DNA of 50,120 nucleotides from a virus (taxonomy: Duplodnaviria; Heunggongvirae; Uroviricota; Caudoviricetes): IMG/VR virus record IMGVR_UViG_3300006052_000001. The stretch is one strand, 5' to 3'. The position numbers were made by a program, and so were the translations under genes. Under the pieces are notes generated by a model, which was given only the letters and a program-made list of their open reading frames with translations, had not been told where the DNA came from and made no database searches. Shown here one piece after another: positions 1 through 10,107 of this stretch. The number at the start of each line of letters is the position of its first letter. Positions within the stretch are counted from its first letter, which is position 1.

Positions 1-1
1 T

Positions 2-751
2 AACTGGGTACTGTCATACGAAGTACAGGCAAATGAGAGCGACTTTTGCTTCCTTAACAGGATAGCTGACAAGGTTGGATATAGGTTCTGGGTTTCGGGG
101 GGAACACTATATTTCATTGACCCGTCTGTTGTTCTGCAAAGCAGTAGCGTTCAAGCCATCCCGTCTTTCAAGATGGACAAGCTGTTCACTAAGCTGGATA
201 CAGTAAGACAGTTCCACATGAACGAGGGCGGAAATCTGCCCGGTGCTGCTATTGCTTACAGATCAATCTTTGGGTTGGATAAAAACTCTGGTAGTGTGTT
301 TCAGGTGACAGCTAACACAAATAACTCACCTACTATCTCACAGTACAAGTCAGATCGGCCAGTAGACAATCTATCTGAAGCTCAGTACTTAGTAGCCGCC
401 TGGGAGGGTATGAATCAGTGGTGGCAGAGTGCTACTGCTGAGCTATATGGTTCTACTATTATCTACCCCGGCAAGGTAGTCTATCTCAGCGGAAATCAGA
501 TGCCACCTAACACAGAAGGCTACTGGATTGTTGGTGCTGTAACACACGTACTTAAATCTTCCTGGTCAACAAGCTTTCAGTCTGACAGATTCTTCAGCAG
601 AGTAGAGCTAATGAAGAATACAACGGGAATTTCCCCTATTCTAAAGAACGTAACATCTTTAAGTCCAGAGTTTATTGACTGCAAACTACAGCAGAATCAA
701 ACATGGATAGCAACACAAGCGACAGTTATATATGATGGAGTACAAGCATGA
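2..751 (+). CDS. Baseplate hub protein (gp27/gpD/VgrG-like), 5'-truncated by window edge
   Basis: Frame is open from position 2; upstream of the track ATG it reads QANESDFCFLNRIADKVGYRFWVSGGTLYF, matching the Q-x-x-ESD-x-x-FL-x-R hub motif; lies directly before the spike gene. Confidence 0.75.
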   Translation, partial: NWVLSYEVQANESDFCFLNRIADKVGYRFWVSGGTLYFIDPSVVLQSSSVQAIPSFKMDKLFTKLDTVRQFHMNEGGNLPGAAIAYRSIFGLDKNSGSVFQVTANTNNSPTISQYKSDRPVDNLSEAQYLVAAWEGMNQWWQSATAELYGSTIIYPGKVVYLSGNQMPPNTEGYWIVGAVTHVLKSSWSTSFQSDRFFSRVELMKNTTGISPILKNVTSLSPEFIDCKLQQNQTWIATQATVIYDGVQA

Positions 752-2400
752 GCAAGACGCTTAACTCTGTGGGTATCAATAAGGCTACAATATGGTCAGG
801 TGTGTACTCTGCGGTTGTTTACAACAACACAGACCCTCTAGGATTGGGCAGAGTACAGCTACAGATTCCTCAGATAATGGGTATGGCTATTTCAGCATGG
901 GCTGAACCTGTAGGCATGGACACTAACGCAGTAGTTCCGGCTGTAGGAAGCTACGTGCTTGCCATGTTCATTGGCGGTTCCATTCATAAGCCTGTGTACA
1001 TGCCCGAGTCTTGGACAGTACAGGAAACTCCCGACTGGATAAATGTAACTCTAGCTCCGTACTCTGCTGATAAGACAGGTGCTACTGACGCTGCTCCTGC
1101 AATTCAAGCGGCCCTTAATGCTATTAGTACTGGCGGAGTAATCTACATCCCGACAGGCTCTTACAAAATAGGAACTTCCCTTAACGTTGCTAACAACAAC
1201 ACAACCATTATTGGTGATGGTTGGGGTACTCAGCTACGGTTCGATGGTACGTCTGTTAGCCCATGCATCGGTCAGGCTGACACAACAAACAGATACGTTG
1301 TCCTTCAAGACTTGCGTATCACGCAGACTAGCGGTACATCAGCAGGTACAGCAGTAGAAGCAACCTACTGGCACGACAGTAAGATTTCCCGCTTGCTGAT
1401 TGACGGTTCTACTAATAACCCTAACATCGGTATCAGTATGAATGCCGCTACTACATACTATAACGTTGTTGAGGATTGCAGAATCAACTGTGACGGCACT
1501 AACGGTATGTGTATCCGTATAGATAACGTAGCCAACTCTAATGTCATCAGGAATTGCAGGCTACTTCCCTCTGGTTCTGACACGTCACAAATTGGCATCT
1601 ATGTTAATGCCAACACAACGTTGCTAGACAGAGTAGACGTTGAACACGCTGCCGGTACTGGTATTTCTCTAGGTGCTTCTGCTCACGCTACGGTGATTTT
1701 GGCACCTTACTTAGAGTCCAACGGCTATAATGTTGTGTATGCATCTGGTGTTTCTAACCCATTTATTCTCGGCGGTTCTCTTCTTACTCCTGTTACGGCT
1801 AACATTCAGGACAACGGAGCTATTGCACCTTGCACGCTTGTAGCTAGGTCTGGAACAGCAACACCATTCACTAAGGCGATCTTCCAGCAACCATCTTCTC
1901 TTGGGCAGATTGTTCGTGTAATCAACAGAACAGCATCACCAACAGATTCGGCGCTGAGAGTTGAGACACTTAATGCTGGTGAACATGCTATTGGCGTACA
2001 GCAAACAGGTGACACAAGTAACCGTCTGCGAATAGATTCAGACGGTACTATGTCATGGGGAACCGGAAGCGGAACTTTTGATGTTGTAATGAACAGGCAG
2101 GCCGCAAATATTTTGCAGCTTACTTCTGCCGATCTAGACATTGCTACAACAGGAAATGGTCTTAGAGTAGCTGAGGGTACTAATGCCAGGATGGGTCACA
2201 ACAACTTAGTAGCTGGTACTGTGACAACAACCAACACGTCTGTAACAGCTAACACCAGGATTTTCTACTCGGTGCAGACTCCTGGTGGTACTCAGGGATT
2301 CATCTCTGTAACCAGAGTACCCGGTACATCTATTACCTTTACGTCAACGTCTAACACAGAAACATCAACAGTCGCTTGGCTACTAGTGGAACCAGGATAA
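748..2400 (+). CDS. Baseplate central spike (gp5/gpV OB-fold) fused to a pectate-lyase-like beta-helix
   Basis: N-terminal DPLGLGRVQLQIP...WA...VPAVGSYVLAMFIGG OB-fold motif; then DKTGATDAAPAIQAALN...GGVIYIPTGSYKI, the typical Pectate_lyase_3 start, and Asn/Ile-rich beta-helix rungs. Confidence 0.8.
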   Translation: MSKTLNSVGINKATIWSGVYSAVVYNNTDPLGLGRVQLQIPQIMGMAISAWAEPVGMDTNAVVPAVGSYVLAMFIGGSIHKPVYMPESWTVQETPDWINVTLAPYSADKTGATDAAPAIQAALNAISTGGVIYIPTGSYKIGTSLNVANNNTTIIGDGWGTQLRFDGTSVSPCIGQADTTNRYVVLQDLRITQTSGTSAGTAVEATYWHDSKISRLLIDGSTNNPNIGISMNAATTYYNVVEDCRINCDGTNGMCIRIDNVANSNVIRNCRLLPSGSDTSQIGIYVNANTTLLDRVDVEHAAGTGISLGASAHATVILAPYLESNGYNVVYASGVSNPFILGGSLLTPVTANIQDNGAIAPCTLVARSGTATPFTKAIFQQPSSLGQIVRVINRTASPTDSALRVETLNAGEHAIGVQQTGDTSNRLRIDSDGTMSWGTGSGTFDVVMNRQAANILQLTSADLDIATTGNGLRVAEGTNARMGHNNLVAGTVTTTNTSVTANTRIFYSVQTPGGTQGFISVTRVPGTSITFTSTSNTETSTVAWLLVEPG

Positions 2401-2401
2401 A

Positions 2402-2797
2402 ATGGCAACTAACTTTGCGATTCCTTTCGCGCTAACAACACAGGGTACTGTAGCTACAGTGACAGACCCTAATCAGATAGCTCTGCAAAGAGTACGAGCG
2501 CTTATCTCTACGAATCCTGGGGCTAGAGTGATGGTCCCTGATTACGGAGTAGGTCTTACGGCTTATCTATTCGCCCCTGATCTAGCTGCTACCAATGCTA
2601 AACTAACAAACGAGATTAATCAGGCTTTCCAGAGATGGGAACCGTCCATCAATCTTCTGTCAGTAAAACCGGTAACCAACGATGTATCAACAGGTATTGA
2701 TGACGTGACTGTGGAATTCACAACCTCTAACGACCCAGCATTTAATCCTACACTGACAGCAACAGTCCTTGTAGGAGGAACAGTGGTAAATAACTAA
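2402..2797 (+). CDS. Baseplate wedge protein, gp25/gpW-like
   Basis: LISTNPGARVMVPDYGVGL resembles the gp25 T-x-x-GER-x-M-x-P-x-[FY]G motif; 131 aa; sits between spike and baseplate J. Confidence 0.85.
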   Translation: MATNFAIPFALTTQGTVATVTDPNQIALQRVRALISTNPGARVMVPDYGVGLTAYLFAPDLAATNAKLTNEINQAFQRWEPSINLLSVKPVTNDVSTGIDDVTVEFTTSNDPAFNPTLTATVLVGGTVVNN

Positions 2798-4290
2798 TGA
2801 CAACTCCAACTTACTCAGCCCTTCAAGCTCCTACGGCTGTAGACTACACATCTAAAGACTGGCAGGCATTCGTTACATCAATGCTGAATTATGCCGCTGT
2901 GATCATGCCCGAGTGGGACACATCTTCAGAGGGCGATTTCGGCGTGATGCTAGTTGAGCTATTCGCCTACATGGGAGACATTCTATCCTTCTACGGTGAC
3001 AGGCTAACTCAGGAAGCGTATCTACCAACAGCTACTCAGAGACTCAGCATTCTGAATATCGCTCAGCTTCTAGGATACGTGCCTACAAACGGTTCACCAG
3101 CTACAGGTACGGTTACTCTTCAGAATACAACAGCTAATCCAATCACAGTACCCGCTGGCACTCAGATAGCTACTAGCTTCCTTACTGCTGCTGATGCTCC
3201 TATCATCTATCAGATAACATCTAACGTAACTGTGCCAGCTAATAGCACCGCTTCAGCCAATCTTTCACAGGGACTAACTTATACTTCAGTAATTTTGGGA
3301 GTGTCAGATGGAACAGCAGGCCAGGAATTCGAAATCCCGCAAGCTGGTGTCGAAGATGGTACTGTTACTGTATATGTATCAAGCGCTCAAAGCCCTATTA
3401 AATGGAATCAGGTAACGTTCCTAGTAGACTCTGATGCTGACGCACAGGTGTTCTCAGTATCCGTTGACCAGAACAACATTACTAGCGTGCAATTCGGCGA
3501 CAATATTAATGGTGCCATCCCTGGTATCGGACTAACTATCACAGCTACGTACACAGTAGGTGTGGGTTCCCTGGGAAATCAGGGAGCGGGTCTAGTTGGT
3601 GCTATTGTTAATCCTATTGCCGGAATAGTAGTGCCATTCCAGTCAGCAGGAAGCTCTCTCTATCAGTCATCAGCTATGACAGGTGGTTCTGATCCTGAGA
3701 CTAACGACCAGATCAGGGCTAACGCACCACTAGCTTACACAACTCAGCAAAGAGCGGTTTCCCTGGCAGACTACGCTAACTTGTCCCTGCAAGTTCCCGG
3801 TGTTCTAGTAGCTAATGCTATAGCTAATCACGCTACTAGCGTTACTCTGTATGTCCTTGGTCCTAACTACCAAGCTGCTAGCTCTGGATTGCAGAATAAT
3901 ATACTATCCTATTTTGCAAACAACAGGACTCTGGCTGGTACAACAGTGACTATCGGAACACCAGCACTTATACCAGTAGACATTGGTTCCTCTGGAAATC
4001 ACGTACAGCTACAGGTTATGACAAACTACAACCAGGGTGTAGTCGTAGCCAACGTAACGACAGCCTTGCAGTCTCTACTGTCACCGCCAAACTCTCAGTT
4101 CGGCCAGCTTCTTCAGGTGTCGTCTGTGTACAGTACAATTATGAGTGTGCCTGGTGTTGCTTATGCTGTAGTTAATGTTATGACCAGAGAAGATATTACA
4201 CAGACTAACACTAATCCTATTCAGTTCCGCCAGTCCGAAATCCCGGTGGCTGGTACAATGTATATTACCGCTTCGGGAGGTATCCTATAA
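2797..4290 (+). CDS. Baseplate J-like wedge subunit
   Basis: DYTSKDW...DFGVMLVELFAYMGD.LSFY.D....EAYL.TA, GGSDPETNDQIR and RAVSLADY motifs of gpJ/gp6-like proteins. Confidence 0.9.
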   Translation: MTTPTYSALQAPTAVDYTSKDWQAFVTSMLNYAAVIMPEWDTSSEGDFGVMLVELFAYMGDILSFYGDRLTQEAYLPTATQRLSILNIAQLLGYVPTNGSPATGTVTLQNTTANPITVPAGTQIATSFLTAADAPIIYQITSNVTVPANSTASANLSQGLTYTSVILGVSDGTAGQEFEIPQAGVEDGTVTVYVSSAQSPIKWNQVTFLVDSDADAQVFSVSVDQNNITSVQFGDNINGAIPGIGLTITATYTVGVGSLGNQGAGLVGAIVNPIAGIVVPFQSAGSSLYQSSAMTGGSDPETNDQIRANAPLAYTTQQRAVSLADYANLSLQVPGVLVANAIANHATSVTLYVLGPNYQAASSGLQNNILSYFANNRTLAGTTVTIGTPALIPVDIGSSGNHVQLQVMTNYNQGVVVANVTTALQSLLSPPNSQFGQLLQVSSVYSTIMSVPGVAYAVVNVMTREDITQTNTNPIQFRQSEIPVAGTMYITASGGIL

Positions 4291-4994
4291 TGACAGCAGT
4301 TCAGTCAATTTATCCTAATGGTATTTTTACCTGGACGGACAGAGTAGATCAGGTTAGCATAGACTTTGCTAATGACTCTAACTCCCTAGCCTCTGAGATT
4401 ATCTCGATTGAGGGAACGCTAGGAACAACACCAGAAATTGAGCCTCATCCTCCTTACGGTAACGCGATTACTTATGCCACAGTTAGTTCTCGTATCACTG
4501 ACGCGATGAACAACAGTCAGATGATTGTGTGCTCTTTGACTAATCCAAAGATTACTCTGCCTAATAACACAGTTGGTCAGCTTAACACGTACAACCTGAG
4601 CTACGACCCATTCAATATGTTTAACGGCGTTGACATAACTATCCCGGCTAATGGATGGTGGCTAATCACAGCTACCCAAACATGGTCTGGCTGGGAAGAC
4701 GGTTACAGCCACTTCAGTCTATGCCTAAACGGAACAAGTAACATCATCGCTGATGATCTTATCAACTGGGAATTCCCCGGCAACAACACAACTGCTGGAC
4801 TTCCCGGCAGATGGCAGCAGTTTGGGGCTAGGTCTATTTCTACCGCTATTACGTGGCAAGGACTAGCACATGCTGGTGACAGATTCAGCGGCCTGTCCGA
4901 GAACGGTACTTCTAATGCCGCTCATGTGGTTACTAATCTTACAATGAAAGCTAGTATGCTCCGCAAAGTAAGCGGAACCTTTACTTCAGGATAA
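4290..4994 (+). CDS. Putative baseplate/tail structural protein
   Basis: Coupled to neighbours (TAATG overlap); Thr/Asn/Gly-rich, beta-rich C-terminus; function from position only. Confidence 0.55.
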   Translation: MTAVQSIYPNGIFTWTDRVDQVSIDFANDSNSLASEIISIEGTLGTTPEIEPHPPYGNAITYATVSSRITDAMNNSQMIVCSLTNPKITLPNNTVGQLNTYNLSYDPFNMFNGVDITIPANGWWLITATQTWSGWEDGYSHFSLCLNGTSNIIADDLINWEFPGNNTTAGLPGRWQQFGARSISTAITWQGLAHAGDRFSGLSENGTSNAAHVVTNLTMKASMLRKVSGTFTSG

Positions 4995-4996
4995 CA

Positions 4997-7045
4997 ATGG
5001 CTGTTTACGGAATTACCAAGTACGGCACAGACGTATACGGTTACGACTTTCCTCCTGCGTACAGAGTTGATCCTTTTGCTGCTATAGCAACTGACTACAG
5101 CACAATCTCTCTGTCATGGACACAACCTGTGGGTACGATTCAAGCCTATAGGTTAGTTCGTAATCTCTACGGTTATCCTGTTGACCAAGACGACGGCGAA
5201 ATTCTTATTGATTCTCTGAGCTACCCCGGCTCTCAGTACAAAGACGCATCAGTAGTTCCTGGTACGTATTATTACTACGCCATATATGTTGCTACCAACC
5301 TGTCAACATACACATGGGTTAGATCAGGATGGACAGCTTGCCTGGCGATTAAGAACTTCGATTCCTACCAGACTATGTACGACCTGATCCCTGAGTATTA
5401 CATCAGCACTACAGGTTCGGGTGACGTTCTAACTCAGAACAATGTGACCAACACGGCGCTGAGTCAGTTCATGCAGGTATTCGGCTGGGGAATGGACCTT
5501 ATCAAGACACAGTACAACACCTATCTTGATGTCAACGATCCCTGGAAAATTCCTCAGAGTCAGCTTTACAATCTCGGTCAGCAGATGGGATTGAATATCA
5601 ATCCTGATATACACCCGTACACCTTGCGTAAGGCCATTCAGTACAACGCTACAGTCAACCAGTACAGAGGTACGCACGACGGAATACAGACAGAAGTTTC
5701 CGCTCTGACAGGATGGAATATTGATCTTCAGATAGCAGCTAACTTCATGCTAAATAACGATCAGTCAGCATTCATCGACCCTGTTTATCCTGTCTGGTCA
5801 GCCTACATTAACTACGCTCTCAACGAACGTGTTATGTATGGCAACTACTGGTACAAGTGCATTCAGGCTTCAGGAAATATTGGTAACGCCCCTACTGGTA
5901 CATCTGGTAGCAATACTTGGTGGCAAGCGGTTCTAGGTGTCAATGACAACACAGTCCTTCTTAATCCCCTGACTGGAAATCCTAATACCTGGGATGTCTT
6001 GTATCCATCTGCTACTAATGGCGCTGCTGCGGCCAACTCTATCTATGAGACTATCGGAGTAGCCAATCCTACCTCTGGTTCGATGTTTAACTACAACAGC
6101 TTGCAGGCTATTAACAACGGATCAGCGCAGAATGTGTGGCTAAGATCAATCGCCAGAACAACTGCTGACTTGCTGACAACCACAACAACTTTCGCTCCGA
6201 ATAAAGATCAGGTAGTTGGAGATGGTATTCCTGTACCTTACTCATCACCGTATCAGCAGTGGACATCAGCTTCATGGGTTGACACAAACCAGATAGTTAC
6301 GTACAACAATCAGCCGTTCATAGCTCTGAGACAATCACTGAATGAGATACCGCCTTACTCTACAATAGGTGTAGCAACAACCGACTGGGCACCATTAAGC
6401 TTCGATCCAAGATACAGAATTTGCATCAGTGCGTACTGCACAGGTTCAACAGCCATAGGTGTTACACCTTTCGTTGAATGGTATGACTCACAAGGTAACT
6501 TCATCACCAGGATTTTCGCCAGGACAGCTACTCCTGGTGTCGTAGCTGCTCCCGCAAACCTGGCATTTGATTCCTTTACTACGAACGTTAACGGTACTAT
6601 CTCTGGTCGTACAACAGATGACGGAACCTACACTTGGTCACAGCAGGCAGGCACATTCCAGATTTCCCCAGTCAATAATGGAAGCGTTTATCCTCAGACT
6701 CTAGGCCAGAGAACTTATGCTCTTATAAACTCAACAGCTAACACACAAGTTGGCGTTACGTTTGTAACAGGACCACAAGCAGGACAATCACAGGGAATTA
6801 TCTGCCGCTGGATGAATGATACTCACTACATCAGGGCAGACTGGACAACACTAAGGACAAATAATGGTGGCGTATGGACAACTCTCGGAACCTTCTCATC
6901 CGCTTTCGCAGCAGGAGATAGAATGGTTATTCAGCTTAATGGAACCTCCATTGTGGTACTCAAGAATGGTGTCTCAGTTCTATCCACTACAAGTTCCTTT
7001 AACCAGACAGCAACCTACCACGGCATGATCGTTGAGAATACATGA
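4997..7045 (+). CDS. Baseplate/tail protein (gpI-like segment) with putative carbohydrate-binding modules
   Basis: LRKAIQYNATVNQYRGTHDGI resembles tail protein I motif; two aromatic repeats (WSAYINYALNERVMYGNYWYKC...WW; WTSASWVDTNQIVTYNNQPF...TDW) resemble CBM5/12. Confidence 0.65.
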   Translation: MAVYGITKYGTDVYGYDFPPAYRVDPFAAIATDYSTISLSWTQPVGTIQAYRLVRNLYGYPVDQDDGEILIDSLSYPGSQYKDASVVPGTYYYYAIYVATNLSTYTWVRSGWTACLAIKNFDSYQTMYDLIPEYYISTTGSGDVLTQNNVTNTALSQFMQVFGWGMDLIKTQYNTYLDVNDPWKIPQSQLYNLGQQMGLNINPDIHPYTLRKAIQYNATVNQYRGTHDGIQTEVSALTGWNIDLQIAANFMLNNDQSAFIDPVYPVWSAYINYALNERVMYGNYWYKCIQASGNIGNAPTGTSGSNTWWQAVLGVNDNTVLLNPLTGNPNTWDVLYPSATNGAAAANSIYETIGVANPTSGSMFNYNSLQAINNGSAQNVWLRSIARTTADLLTTTTTFAPNKDQVVGDGIPVPYSSPYQQWTSASWVDTNQIVTYNNQPFIALRQSLNEIPPYSTIGVATTDWAPLSFDPRYRICISAYCTGSTAIGVTPFVEWYDSQGNFITRIFARTATPGVVAAPANLAFDSFTTNVNGTISGRTTDDGTYTWSQQAGTFQISPVNNGSVYPQTLGQRTYALINSTANTQVGVTFVTGPQAGQSQGIICRWMNDTHYIRADWTTLRTNNGGVWTTLGTFSSAFAAGDRMVIQLNGTSIVVLKNGVSVLSTTSSFNQTATYHGMIVENT

Positions 7046-8772
7046 GCAATTACACAACTAACTATTGCCCTAACCCGTCTTTCCAGCTTGGGCTTCAGGG
7101 TTACTCAAGCATACTTAATGGTGTTCTGGTTCTTGATACTTCCAAGAAACTATTTGGTGCTGCACAATCGCTGAGAGTTACAACTCCTGGTTCCCATGCT
7201 GGTGAAGGTGTTATCACTGCTGGTGGTGTGATACCTACTAACTCTGTGTCAAGCGTTAGCTTGTACATTCAGGGTGCCGGTAGTGTACAGGTCACTGCTG
7301 TTACAAATCCCGGTGCGGTAGTTCAAGGTAGCACGCCTGTCACCCTGGTTAATAACTCCTGGCAGAGAGTTGTTATTAACAACATCTCTTGCTCTCCCGG
7401 TCAGAAGCTTTATCTTACTGTAACAACCTCATCAGTACAAGCAGCAACGTTCTGGATTAGCGGCATTCAAGTAGAGGCTAGCTCTCCTGCTCATCCATAT
7501 TGTGATGGTGACCAGCCTGGTTGTAGCTGGACAAACACAACACCATCTATATCTGTACAGCCAAATGAATATGGTGCTGATGGTGTAGGAAACTCCATCG
7601 CAACCGGCAATATAGTTAACGTACTTCAGCAGGGAGCAACCAGTTCAACTGGTGCTATCGGAGGAATATCAAAGGCACTAGGTAACCGAGTTGCTGTCGG
7701 TTCAGCCAACCCAGTAGCCGTATTTGATGACTTCAGTATCTTTCAGCTTACTGACACTGATCCTGCCCAGACATATGTTAACTTGAACAATGCGGGAACT
7801 ACATCAGGTACTTCTGGCGCGTATACTAGGGTGTGGGGAACGTTCTATCCGCCACTTGATTACTATGTTTCAGGTGGAGCTAAGCTGTGGAGTCGCGCTG
7901 CTTACATGGCAGCAGGTTTCCAGTTTACTAACGTTCCCGCCTCTGGTTCTCAGAATATTGCGGATGTACAGGTAGAACTTCTGCCAATGTCTTCATCTAC
8001 ACCAGTTACATACACGCTGCCAAGGCAGCTTAACACTATTGTTAAGCCAGACAGGCTAAATTTCTGCACCAACCCTAGCTTCGAGACAAGCACAGCTAAC
8101 TGGACAGCGAATGGTGCTGCCACTCTAACCACAGACGCAACTGTTTCGCTGGGTACTATCCTGACATATGACGATGTAGCTTCAGGTAGTAATCAGAGTA
8201 TGAAGATTACTATTACGGCTTCAGGAGATGGATGCCAGACTGTAATATCTAATCTGATTGTAGGAAACACCTACACCGTTAGCGCTTACGTGCAAGCTGG
8301 TCCCGGCATTGCAAATATTTCGCTGGCTTGCGGAAGTGGTTCATCCTCAGCTTCTAGCTCAGGTTCTCCCTACGGTTCTGGTATGTACGGACTGGTTCCT
8401 TATGGTGGTGTTACGCTAACAGGATCAGACCTGACAACAGGTGTATGGTTCCGTCCTACTTTCCAGTTTGTTGCAACAGCACCTTCTCACACTCTGGTAC
8501 TAACCTTTGTTCCCGGCGGCGATATTGTGTACAATACTCATATCTGGGTTGACGGCGTGATGGTAGAACTGGGTGCAGAAGCACTTACATACTTTGACGG
8601 AGGGTTCGGAGCTAACGCATTCTGGGAAGGAACAGCGAACCTGTCTCGTTCGTACTACTACGATCAGTACTACGTGAAGCAGCAGGCAGTAACGAATGTA
8701 CTGGCTAAGCATACCCCGCTTGGAATCTCGTACTCAACACCCGTATTCAGTGTGCCTTATACACAATCTTAG
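7042..8772 (+). CDS. Tail fibre / receptor-binding protein with CBM4_9-like jelly-roll domains
   Basis: Two domain starts NYCPNPSF and NFCTNPSFETSTANW, followed by Y-T-V-S-A-Y-V and WVDGVMVE strands typical of phage CBM-like domains; end of tail module. Confidence 0.65.
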   Translation: MSNYTTNYCPNPSFQLGLQGYSSILNGVLVLDTSKKLFGAAQSLRVTTPGSHAGEGVITAGGVIPTNSVSSVSLYIQGAGSVQVTAVTNPGAVVQGSTPVTLVNNSWQRVVINNISCSPGQKLYLTVTTSSVQAATFWISGIQVEASSPAHPYCDGDQPGCSWTNTTPSISVQPNEYGADGVGNSIATGNIVNVLQQGATSSTGAIGGISKALGNRVAVGSANPVAVFDDFSIFQLTDTDPAQTYVNLNNAGTTSGTSGAYTRVWGTFYPPLDYYVSGGAKLWSRAAYMAAGFQFTNVPASGSQNIADVQVELLPMSSSTPVTYTLPRQLNTIVKPDRLNFCTNPSFETSTANWTANGAATLTTDATVSLGTILTYDDVASGSNQSMKITITASGDGCQTVISNLIVGNTYTVSAYVQAGPGIANISLACGSGSSSASSSGSPYGSGMYGLVPYGGVTLTGSDLTTGVWFRPTFQFVATAPSHTLVLTFVPGGDIVYNTHIWVDGVMVELGAEALTYFDGGFGANAFWEGTANLSRSYYYDQYYVKQQAVTNVLAKHTPLGISYSTPVFSVPYTQS

Positions 8773-8780
8773 GAGCTTAA

Positions 8781-9104
8781 TTGATAGCACAATTTGTAAT
8801 TCTATCCTTTGCTACGCTGATAGCCTGGCAGATTCTCAAGTCAGTAGTCTGGTTTGAAATCTCCGTCAGGTTGTCCACGTTCGTAGTACTACTGCTGGCA
8901 TATGCAGGTACGTACCTGATGAACAGCCCGTCTATAGTCATGGCCCTTGCAGCTACAGGAGGCTGTGCTTTGCTATTCAGATACGGTATTGATCCTGAGT
9001 CCATAAGACCGTGGAAACTGCCAGCGCCCAAGCCAAACGTACCGACTTACAGAGCTACTACCCGCAAGAAATCAGGGTTGGAAAAAAGAGTCCCGAGCCT
9101 CTAG
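8781..9104 (+). CDS. Small membrane protein
   Basis: TTG start after AGGAG; three hydrophobic segments then a basic tail. Confidence 0.6.
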   Translation: MIAQFVILSFATLIAWQILKSVVWFEISVRLSTFVVLLLAYAGTYLMNSPSIVMALAATGGCALLFRYGIDPESIRPWKLPAPKPNVPTYRATTRKKSGLEKRVPSL

Positions 9105-9130
9105 ACAGACGGCGCGGGATATGATAGGGT
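9102..9130 (+). promoter_or_regulatory. Putative sigma70/HrdB-type promoter TAGACA-N17-TAGGGT
   Basis: 17-nt spacer, resembles other promoters in the window, at the structural-to-replication module boundary; -35 is one mismatch from TTGACA. Confidence 0.45.
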
Positions 9131-9173
9131 GGACAGACTAGCCGCAGACAGGGGCGACCCGTCAGGAGGTAAC

Positions 9174-10106
9174 ATGGAAACAAGATTTGAAATGGTGGCG
9201 GCAGTAGCAGGGTATGGCCTTGCTAGTTTCGATGATATGGACGCCGTTCTAAACTGGTATCTGCCAGAGGAATGCTTCTTGCTAATCCATGAGGGCGAGC
9301 TACATAAAAATGCTGGCCTGCGAGCAGTTCAGTCATGGTGTGACGATGTTAACCAGGAGTACTCTCGTATAAAGTACGACTCAAACGTGATTGAAAATCT
9401 TCTTTCCTACAAGGATAAGGCTGATTCTCTATCGCTGATCGTGCTTGGGGTTGAGGGTAACACGGAGATTATTCGTGAAGCCTGGGACAATAACATTGAA
9501 GTAGCAGACCTGACAAGAGCCATGTACATAGTCCAGCAGGGCATCGACTTAGAAGTGGCCCTACGCGAGCCTGTGAGCCACGCTCACGAGATTTCAGACG
9601 GTCTAGGGGGTAGAGGTAGCCTAGAGATCTTCGCCCCGCAGAATGGCTCTGAGGACCGTACAGGGAATGTTCATCTTCATAAGCCTTATGAGGCTTGTTA
9701 TGATGATTGTCCTGAACCTCATTACTCTGAAGAAGATGCCGAGAAAAGATCAGCGGAATGGAATGCTCAGGGTATTGAAAAGGCTAGAACGAGCCTGCCA
9801 TCAGAGCAAGATCCGTTAATTCAGATGATGAAGAAAGCTGAGCCTCTATACTCAGCGAAAGAACTAGAGGAAATTGTGGCAGGATACATTAGGGCGCACG
9901 AAGAGAGATACCATACCCCTGAAGTGGCTCATAGAAAAGAACATATTGTAGCGTCTGTAGCCGGTGAAGATGATGACACCATCAGTAAGATGGATAAGGT
10001 CAGATGCATCATGGGTAAAGACGGCATCGCAAAAACAGCACCAAGGCGACAGCCAAAGCCGGGTGAGAAAGTGGTGTGGTTGTCAGCAGAGGAAGTGACG
10101 GAATGA
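9174..10106 (+). CDS. Hypothetical protein (contains an in-frame degenerate repeat copy)
   Basis: ATG at 9174 preceded by AGGAGG; long acidic ORF. Confidence 0.7.
   Translation: METRFEMVAAVAGYGLASFDDMDAVLNWYLPEECFLLIHEGELHKNAGLRAVQSWCDDVNQEYSRIKYDSNVIENLLSYKDKADSLSLIVLGVEGNTEIIREAWDNNIEVADLTRAMYIVQQGIDLEVALREPVSHAHEISDGLGGRGSLEIFAPQNGSEDRTGNVHLHKPYEACYDDCPEPHYSEEDAEKRSAEWNAQGIEKARTSLPSEQDPLIQMMKKAEPLYSAKELEEIVAGYIRAHEERYHTPEVAHRKEHIVASVAGEDDDTISKMDKVRCIMGKDGIAKTAPRRQPKPGEKVVWLSAEEVTE
9575..9665 (+). repeat. Dispersed repeat family, degenerate copy A (inside a CDS)
   Basis: GAGCCACGCTCAC 9575-9587, GTCTAGG 9601-9607, TAG 9 nt later, GATCTT, GCTCTGAG 9646-9653, same order as copies B-D. Confidence 0.55.
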
Positions 10107-10107
10107 T

